In this document: positions 25,961 to 32,000 of the stretch, piece after piece
Numbering within the stretch: the stretch's first letter is position 1
Layout of the letters: each line of letters starts with the position of its first letter
NCBI GenBank assembly: GCA_038858525.1
Contig: JAWCFL010000013.1
Span: 8,668-40,667, forward strand
Direction of reading: 5' to 3'
DNA: 32,000 nucleotides
Source: Candidatus Jordarchaeales archaeon
GTDB taxonomy: Archaea > Asgardarchaeota > Jordiarchaeia > Jordiarchaeales > Freyrarchaeaceae
The notes under the pieces: model-generated
Seen by the model: only the letters and a program-made list of their open reading frames with translations
Databases searched by the model: none
Told to the model about the DNA's origin: nothing
Made by a program: the position numbers and the translations under genes

Positions 25961-26019
25961 GTCTAAGTTGAGGTCGAAATTGAAAATAGTGGCGGAAGGC
26001 TATTAACTGTCTAACGGCG

Positions 26020-27219
26020 TTAGAATAGTTCGTACTGTTTTTCTATGAAGCCTTTCCAGATGCGGGGCATTTCTTCCATTACTTCGCTTGCTATGTTTTC
26101 GGCCGTTGTTTTTATAACGTTGAGCGGGGAGTCGGTGTAGACTTCGATGTTTATCGCTTGGGGTTCGTTTATCGGTTTCCCTATCCTGCTGACGATGTAG
26201 CATGACGCTTGCTCCACGGATTCTTCTTCATTGATGAGCTTCTCAACGATTTTTCTCGCAGCAATATTGTATGTTTTTCCAACGTGGCTGACAGGGTTCT
26301 TTCCTGCTGTCGCTTCGAGCGTCATCGGCCTGTAGGGCGTTATCAGTCCATTTGCCCTATTGCCTCTTCCAACTTGGCCGTCGTCGCCATGCTCCGCCGA
26401 TGTGCCGGTCACCGTGAGATAGTAGACGTTGTTGGCGGGGTCGTCAGCCGTGTTAACGTAGACTTCAACATCCTTCTCAGTTATTTTTGACGCGAGCTTG
26501 TACACTATGTCCTTTATGGTTTCCTTGACGCTCAAGTAGTGGTCTGGGTCCGGTGTTAATCTTGATATTATGGCGCAGGCAACCGTGATGTCTATTCTGT
26601 CTTTCCTCCTAACCCCCATAACCTTGATGTCCTCTCCTATCTCGGGGTGGGCTTTCTTTACTTCAGGCGAGTTAAGCGTTTTCTCAGCCATGTAAACCAG
26701 TTTCTCTGTTTCCGTTAGGGGGGCGAAGGCTACACCGAAGCTTGTGTCGTTCGCCCTTGGAACGTCGACGCCGAGCTCGAATGTTTCCACGAGGTCTACG
26801 CTCCCCGGCTTTATCCTGTAGTCTATGATGATGTCGGTTGTCGGGTCTAGGAAGCGGAAATTCTCCGACAGCCAGTCCCGTGTGGTCTTAACGACGAGCT
26901 TCCCTATTGGCACCCTCTCTCCTTTGGGCAGGTTGAGGGCTGCTCTACCAACCAGAAGCAGGTATATTGGTTCTATGACCTCGCCTCCCCCAAACACGGC
27001 GTTAGACTGCCCTCCTACGAGGACGCACTTGTCGACGTTGTGGTGCAGTATCCTGCCAGTCTTCTCCAAGTAGTACTTGCTCAGCGCCACGCTCAATTCC
27101 TCTGCTGCTCTGTCGCAGATCACATCCGGGTGGCCTTTACCCTTCCTTTCAACCATCTCCATGTCAAGCTGGCATGTAGGGACTCCCAATCCCTTGCAGA
27201 CTTCAACGTTCAAAACCAT
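26020..27219 (-). CDS. mat: S-adenosylmethionine synthetase, archaeal type
   Basis: EMVERKGKGHPDVICD, HHNVDK, ANDTSFGV, GEDIKVMG, GTSAEHGDDGQVGRGNRANGLITPYRPM, GKNPVSHVGKTYN. Confidence 0.97.
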   Translation of the reverse strand: MVLNVEVCKGLGVPTCQLDMEMVERKGKGHPDVICDRAAEELSVALSKYYLEKTGRILHHNVDKCVLVGGQSNAVFGGGEVIEPIYLLLVGRAALNLPKGERVPIGKLVVKTTRDWLSENFRFLDPTTDIIIDYRIKPGSVDLVETFELGVDVPRANDTSFGVAFAPLTETEKLVYMAEKTLNSPEVKKAHPEIGEDIKVMGVRRKDRIDITVACAIISRLTPDPDHYLSVKETIKDIVYKLASKITEKDVEVYVNTADDPANNVYYLTVTGTSAEHGDDGQVGRGNRANGLITPYRPMTLEATAGKNPVSHVGKTYNIAARKIVEKLINEEESVEQASCYIVSRIGKPINEPQAINIEVYTDSPLNVIKTTAENIASEVMEEMPRIWKGFIEKQYELF

Positions 27220-27444
27220 CAGGATAACCTCCAGCAGTAACAGTCATAGTCTTTAACTTAAAAGAAAGAAGCTTCGTCTCTTTTTTAAGCCTTACTAAAA
27301 GGAAAGAGAAATTTTAATTAATGATATGCATATTTAAACTAAAGAAATATTATTCTTGATGTATAACATTTTTAGGTAAAACAGGTAAAAACTAAGACCC
27401 GGAAGGGTGCACGAATAGTTTATCCTTTTGGGGACTCGCCTGAA

Positions 27445-28242
27445 TCAAATTTTTAGTTTTAACGTGTCATACCCAACGATTATCTTATCCGCTGTTGGGT
27501 CCACCCTCTTTTGGAGCTCTGCATGAGGTGGATTAGCATGAGTCAGGTGTACTAAGATGGTTTTTCTGGCTTCGAGCTGTTCTGCGAGCCTCACGGCTTC
27601 CTCGACTGTCATGTGGTGGTCTAGGAAGTGTTTGGGGTAGGATATAAAGGCGTCCGCTATGAGGACGTCCGGCTCGTGGATTAAATTAAGTGACTCTTCA
27701 GGTATGCTTATTCCGGTATCTCCCGTGACGACCAGCTTAGCCCCTTCAAGCCTGAACATGTATCCCACGGGTTGAATGTTAAGTCCGTCGTTCAGGTGGG
27801 GGTGGTAAACCGGGAAGGCTGTAAACTCGACCGACTTGTACTTCACACTCTCGAATGGCTGAATGTACTTCCTTTTCGCCTTAACTAGGTTTCCGAATCC
27901 TACCCTGTCAAGCACGTAGTCCACTGTTTCCTTGAGTCCGAAGACTGTTATAACTGCTTGGACACGGTAGAAGTCGTTAAAGCCAAGGACGTGATCCCAA
28001 TGGTGGTGCGTGTAGAGTACGGCTGAGACTCTCTCGACGCCCTCCCTGATAAGCTGGAGCCGCATGTCTGGAGAAGTATCAATCAGCATGTTGAACCCCG
28101 CTTCGATGTCCCTCAGCATAATAGAGAACCTTGTCCTAGCGTCCGGTATCCCCTTCTCCTTAGCTATGGTGCACGTAGGGCAACTGCAACCTATTTTCGG
28201 GACGCCCACGGTGTCGCCACTCCCTAGAACGACGAGCTCCAA
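27445..28242 (-). CDS. MBL-fold metallo-hydrolase, PhnP-like
   Basis: VLGSGDTVGVPKIGCSCPTC, RTRFS, LIDTSPDMRLQL, THHHWDHVLG, TGDT, HHMT, HLTH. Confidence 0.9.
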   Translation of the reverse strand: MELVVLGSGDTVGVPKIGCSCPTCTIAKEKGIPDARTRFSIMLRDIEAGFNMLIDTSPDMRLQLIREGVERVSAVLYTHHHWDHVLGFNDFYRVQAVITVFGLKETVDYVLDRVGFGNLVKAKRKYIQPFESVKYKSVEFTAFPVYHPHLNDGLNIQPVGYMFRLEGAKLVVTGDTGISIPEESLNLIHEPDVLIADAFISYPKHFLDHHMTVEEAVRLAEQLEARKTILVHLTHANPPHAELQKRVDPTADKIIVGYDTLKLKI

Positions 28243-28335
28243 CAGACGCCACCCGCTTATTCCCCTCTCAGGCGAGGCCCGGGGAGATAATATTAAAATT
28301 TTCCTCTTTAAAAGTAATTTCTTGGGTGGTTCAAA

Positions 28336-28728
28336 GTGTTCATTGCGCTGACACCGTTGATCCTATTGTTACTCATGGTTATTGTCCCAGTGGTCTTCAT
28401 TATTCTTTTTGCATTTATATTTGTGAGGCTTGTTTCTGAACCGGTCGTCCTCGGTTATCGGGACGAGTGGATGAGGGAGAAGTCTAGGAAACAATTTTCG
28501 GAGCCGTTTAGGTGGGTTTCCCCGGGTGGCAGGTATAGCCGAGGAGCTACGGGCTCACAGCCTCTGGACGAGGTGAAGGTTTACAAGGAGCTCGCAAATT
28601 ATGTTAGCCGTATGTGTTACGAAGGGCGCATCAGTCCGGAGACCCGGGATAGGGTTGTGAGTGAACTCAGGAGAGTAGTGGGTAGGCTTGAGAGTGGTCA
28701 GGACGAGGATTCCAATACTTCCTCGTAA
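28336..28728 (+). CDS. Hypothetical membrane protein (N-terminal TM helix)
   Basis: Hydrophobic residues ~3-33 followed by a soluble domain. Overlaps the convergent GT4 end by 31 nt. Confidence 0.55.
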   Translation: MFIALTPLILLLLMVIVPVVFIILFAFIFVRLVSEPVVLGYRDEWMREKSRKQFSEPFRWVSPGGRYSRGATGSQPLDEVKVYKELANYVSRMCYEGRISPETRDRVVSELRRVVGRLESGQDEDSNTSS

Positions 28729-29891
28729 ACCTTAAGGGTTTCCATAGCTGTTTTTTCCCACGTGAAGTCTTTTTCAACGGTTTTTCTGCCGTTCTCAGCC
28801 AGTTTACGCCTGAGCGCTTCGTCTTGGAAGAGGAGGGTTATCGCGTACGCCAGCTGGTCTGGACTGTGAGCATCAACTAGGATCCCGTTCTCCATAGGCT
28901 TGACGAACTCCGGTATTCCTCCCGTGTACGTTGAAACCACCGCTGTCCCACACGCCATCGCTTCTAGGAGAGTTATGCCGAAAGGCTCGCATAGGGAGGG
29001 TGAAACGAAAACCTCCGCCGTAGAGTAAAGGGCTGGGAGCTCCTTCGACGGAACATAACCAGCGAAGACGACGTGGTCTTCCACTCCCAAAAGCTTGGCT
29101 AGGGCTACCAGCATGGGCTCCAGCCAGCCCTGGCCAGCTATGACGACTTTTGTTTCGGGCTCCTCGTCAAGCACCATTGGGAGAGCTTTTAAGAGGTAGT
29201 CGAGACCCTTTGAGGGGTCGAGTCTGCCAAGGAACAGGACAACCCTGCAGTCGTCCAGCTCATATTTGCTTCTCACCTTTCTCTTCTCTCTCTCCGAGGC
29301 GGGTTTAAACCTTTTAGAGTCAACTCCATTATAAATTACTCTTATCTTCTCCTCGCTCAGCCCCATCCTAGCCACTTCCTGCTTTATGTAGTTACTCACA
29401 GTTATGACAATGTCAGCCTTCTCGGCGCAGAGCTTTTCCAGATTCATTATGGGCTCGATTCCCTTGTCGCCCGACCTGACGGACTCTGTGCTGTGAACAG
29501 TGAACACCATGGGCTTCCCCAGAGCCTCCTTAACTGACAGACCCGATATGGCTGAGAGCCAGTCGTGAACGTGGCACAAGTCGAACCGTCTCTCCTTTTC
29601 TAGCTCAATAATTTTGGCTGTTGCTGCAATGTTGAAGGCGAGGTTCGCCGACAGAAAGGCTCTAAAGTCATTGAATGGGATAGTCATTACCACTCTCCTC
29701 TCGGGAACCCGGTAAACTTTCACTCCCGCCTCCTTCTGGAATACGGGGTTTGAGACGGCGAACCTTGTTATGACGCTCACACGGCAACCAAGCTTGGCTA
29801 GCGCCTTAGAGTTCTCGTAGCCATGGACGCCAAGTCCACCCTGGAGCTGAGGGGGCCACTCCCAGAGAAGCATGCAAACGTTAAGGTCCAT
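28698..29891 (-). CDS. Glycosyltransferase family 4 (glycogen-synthase-like subgroup)
   Basis: WEWPPQLQGGLGVHGYE, CHVHDWLS, FTVHSTE, IYNGVD, FLGRLDPSKGL, CEPFGITLLEAMACG. Confidence 0.92.
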   Translation of the reverse strand: MDLNVCMLLWEWPPQLQGGLGVHGYENSKALAKLGCRVSVITRFAVSNPVFQKEAGVKVYRVPERRVVMTIPFNDFRAFLSANLAFNIAATAKIIELEKERRFDLCHVHDWLSAISGLSVKEALGKPMVFTVHSTESVRSGDKGIEPIMNLEKLCAEKADIVITVSNYIKQEVARMGLSEEKIRVIYNGVDSKRFKPASEREKRKVRSKYELDDCRVVLFLGRLDPSKGLDYLLKALPMVLDEEPETKVVIAGQGWLEPMLVALAKLLGVEDHVVFAGYVPSKELPALYSTAEVFVSPSLCEPFGITLLEAMACGTAVVSTYTGGIPEFVKPMENGILVDAHSPDQLAYAITLLFQDEALRRKLAENGRKTVEKDFTWEKTAMETLKVYEEVLESSS

Positions 29892-29893
29892 CT

Positions 29894-30178
29894 TTACTTT
29901 TCTACTCCTACTCGGTCAAGCTGGCTGATCGCCCAGTCAGCATACTTCTTCAAAACATCTTTAACCTTACCGGCATTCCATCCCTCTAAAAGCTGATCTA
30001 TGAAACCGTAAAACTCTTCCCTAATTACTTCATTAACGTTACCCATAACTTCTTCCTCCCCCTCAACTTCAAGCAGAGGCCTGAGAAGCCTCATCTCCTC
30101 CGAGAAGACATGTTCACTGTAAAGCCTCGAAAAGTAAGTTGGAAGCCTAGAGCAGAGACTTCTCACGTCCAGCCTCAT
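29894..30178 (-). CDS. Small hypothetical protein (94 aa)
   Basis: ATG 30178 with RBS GAGGTGG; helical and charged; ends 2 nt before the GT4 start. Confidence 0.6.
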   Translation of the reverse strand: MRLDVRSLCSRLPTYFSRLYSEHVFSEEMRLLRPLLEVEGEEEVMGNVNEVIREEFYGFIDQLLEGWNAGKVKDVLKKYADWAISQLDRVGVEK

Positions 30179-30446
30179 CTCCCCACCTCTAAACACCGTC
30201 ACTCCAAAAGTAAAGGATTGAGGCAAAATAAACTTTCTGGATGGTTAAACATGAAGCCTCATCGCTCGCTTGAAAGAGTTAAGGGGGACGCTCGTAAATG
30301 AAAATAGCGTTATTTTTGAAGAGTATTGCTCTGGCCGAGATTAGTATTCAGAACTTCGTTAGTGTTCAGCCCGCCGCTCTAAACCGGGTCTTAACGGTAG
30401 TAAGAGTTAAAAGATAGCATCTCAACGTTTAGATTTAAGTGAGCTG

Positions 30447-31013
30447 TTGAGAGGTGGGCTTTTGCTTTTCGAGGAGACCCTTAAGAAACGCGTGGAGGAT
30501 GCATTAAGCAGAATACGTGATAATGTGGGTAAGGTGGATTACGCCACCCTAGTTAAGGTAGGCGATGAGATCGCTAGGGCCGAACGGATTTTCATCACAG
30601 GGAGGGGGCGCTCTGAGTTCATCGGAAAAATATTCGCGATAAGGCTCCTGAACAGAGGCTACAGGGTCTACTTCGTCGGGCTTGACGTAATTGACCTGAT
30701 CCCGCCGCTCGAAAAAAACGACTTAGTTATAGCTATTTCAGGTTCAGGAGAGACGCGCGAAGTTGTTTCTGCGGTCAGCACGGCTAAAGAGATAGGTTGC
30801 AAGATAGTTGCAGTCACATCCCACCCTAACTCCACAGTGGGGAGAATGGCGGATATCGTTTTGAAGATCGAGGGGCGAGAAGAGAGAACTGAAAAAAGTT
30901 TTCTTGAGCGCACAGTCTACGGGGAGCTTGAACCTCCAGGCGGGCTCTTCGAGCTATCGGCAGTCATAATACTCGAGTCCCTAGCAAACTCACTTGACGT
31001 TAAGAAACACTAA
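30447..31013 (+). CDS. hxlB: SIS-domain sugar isomerase, 6-phospho-3-hexuloisomerase family
   Basis: IFITGRGRS, FAIRLLNRG, IAISGSGET, VTSHPNSTVG, LFELSA. Confidence 0.8.
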   Translation: MRGGLLLFEETLKKRVEDALSRIRDNVGKVDYATLVKVGDEIARAERIFITGRGRSEFIGKIFAIRLLNRGYRVYFVGLDVIDLIPPLEKNDLVIAISGSGETREVVSAVSTAKEIGCKIVAVTSHPNSTVGRMADIVLKIEGREERTEKSFLERTVYGELEPPGGLFELSAVIILESLANSLDVKKH

Positions 31014-32000
31014 ACGCTCTTCCTGATCTCGTAAATTATCTTTTCTATTTCTTTGACGTGGCTCTCAAGTAGCTCCTCAGCTTTCTCCTTCGTCTTCGCT
31101 TCAGAGAAGACCTCAAGTGCATCGTCTTGGAGGGCCGGCCTGACCAGAACCCAGCCGTAGTCGAAGTATATCTTTATGCCATCTATGGTGTCGAAGACTG
31201 AACCCTGAGTTTCCTCCATCAGACTCCTCATGACGGCGCCCCTATGCTCAAGGGGGCACTCGACAGACTTCTTAACCATGTAGAACTCCGGAACCCTCTT
31301 GCGCAATTCGGATAAAGGCTCCTCCTGTAGGGCCATGAACTCCAGAAGCTTGACTGCACCCACTAGTCCATCCCTAAACCAGTAGACGTCAGGGATCACG
31401 TAGCCGCCGCTCTCGTCGCCTCCAAAAACCCCGTTGACTTCTCTAAGTGTTTCGACGAGAGGTCTGAAGCCAAGCTTAACTCTGACAACATCCCCGCCGT
31501 AGTTTTTGGCTAGCTCCTCCATCATGTGGCTCGTCGTAACTGGTACAACAAGCTTTCCTCTTTTACCCCGCTCAAGCTGGCTTAGCGCCAAGAGCGCTGT
31601 CGCCGTGTCGCCGCTCAGCTTCTCTCCCTCATCGTCCACGAAGAGGACTTGGTCTCCGTCGTCATCGAACGCGACGCCAAGGTCAGCGTCCAGCGCCTTG
31701 ACTGTCCTAGCGAGGTTTTCAACAGCCTCCGAGAGCTGATGGTGCTCCCTTTTAGGCACCGCAGCGCCTATGTTCGCGTTGAGAGTTACAACCTCGCATC
31801 CGAGTTCCCTCATAAGGAATGGAGCTGTAAGGGAAGTGCAGCCGTCCCCGCAGTCCAGTACAATCTTCATCCGTCTCTTCCTGACTTTCTCCACTTCAAT
31901 GTGGCGGATTATCCTTTCGAAGTAAGCTTCAACAGCCTCATGGGGATATATTATGTCTCCAACTTTCCAAGCATCTACCCGCCTCAAATCCTCCCTGAAG
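31010..32000 (-). CDS. Phosphoglucomutase/phosphomannomutase-family protein (partial, 5' end beyond window)
   Basis: IVLDCGDGC, ADLGVAFDDDGDQ, VVRVKLG, GGDESGG, RDGLVG, IDGIKI...WVLVRPA. The frame stays open to position 32000, so the track start at 31987 is not the real start. Confidence 0.88.
   Translation of the reverse strand, partial: FREDLRRVDAWKVGDIIYPHEAVEAYFERIIRHIEVEKVRKRRMKIVLDCGDGCTSLTAPFLMRELGCEVVTLNANIGAAVPKREHHQLSEAVENLARTVKALDADLGVAFDDDGDQVLFVDDEGEKLSGDTATALLALSQLERGKRGKLVVPVTTSHMMEELAKNYGGDVVRVKLGFRPLVETLREVNGVFGGDESGGYVIPDVYWFRDGLVGAVKLLEFMALQEEPLSELRKRVPEFYMVKKSVECPLEHRGAVMRSLMEETQGSVFDTIDGIKIYFDYGWVLVRPALQDDALEVFSEAKTKEKAEELLESHVKEIEKIIYEIRKSV

Noticed and set aside
26020-27219. 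mat as a dedicated SAM supply for the methyltransferase/radical SAM cluster
   Set aside because: It is a universal housekeeping gene ~14 kb from the cluster with many unrelated genes between.
30301-30316. Dyad AAAATA-GCGT-TATTTT in a divergent promoter region
   Set aside because: Short, AT-rich and single-copy, so not distinguishable from chance.
30447-31013. hxlB without an adjacent hps, as a sign of a novel pathway
   Set aside because: hps and phi are often unlinked in archaea, and absence from one window is uninformative.
7272-31739. The many 60-165 aa ORFs antisense or out of frame within the called genes
   Set aside because: They overlap well-supported genes, lack motifs and RBSs, and are typical shadow ORFs at this GC content.
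1-32000. CRISPR arrays, rRNA, intact transposases or integrases, selenocysteine/pyrrolysine readthrough
   Set aside because: No regularly spaced repeats, rRNA-like sequence or recombinase motifs were seen, and no called gene needs in-frame stop readthrough.

Overview
Archaeal chromosomal segment (GGAGGTG-type RBSs, BRE/TATA promoters, archaeal Mat, Cgi121, BHB-type tRNA introns). A Roadblock/LC7 gene paired with a V4R-like gene, plus the style of the large surface protein, suggest an Asgard-group thermophile; this is inference only. Left to right: a partial CxxC hypothetical gene; a 1264-aa single-pass surface glycoprotein; a ~1.1 kb intergenic stretch with a probable decayed ORF; a six-gene minus-strand cluster (GT4, GT4, methyltransferase, B12-binding radical SAM, methyltransferase, methyltransferase); nth; V4R-like + Roadblock; an MBL hydrolase; two wHTH regulators divergent from a GT2; two small orphans; a coupled NTP-transferase / CDP-alcohol phosphotransferase / comD / comE operon; tsaC, cgi121 and a purine phosphoribosyltransferase; a tRNA-Pro(CGG) gene absent from the ORF track that carries three non-canonical introns (15/16, 25/26, 59/60); a coiled-coil/Pro-rich orphan; a secreted purple-acid-phosphatase-like enzyme; mat; a PhnP-like hydrolase; a GT4; hxlB; and a partial phosphohexomutase. 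The best-supported discovery is the triple-intron tRNA, which reconstructs base by base to a 77-nt cloverleaf. The most promising candidate systems are the GT/methyltransferase/B12-radical-SAM cluster and the comDE operon linked to head-group transferases. No CRISPR array and no intact mobile element were seen. All calls come from reading motifs by eye; no database search was run.
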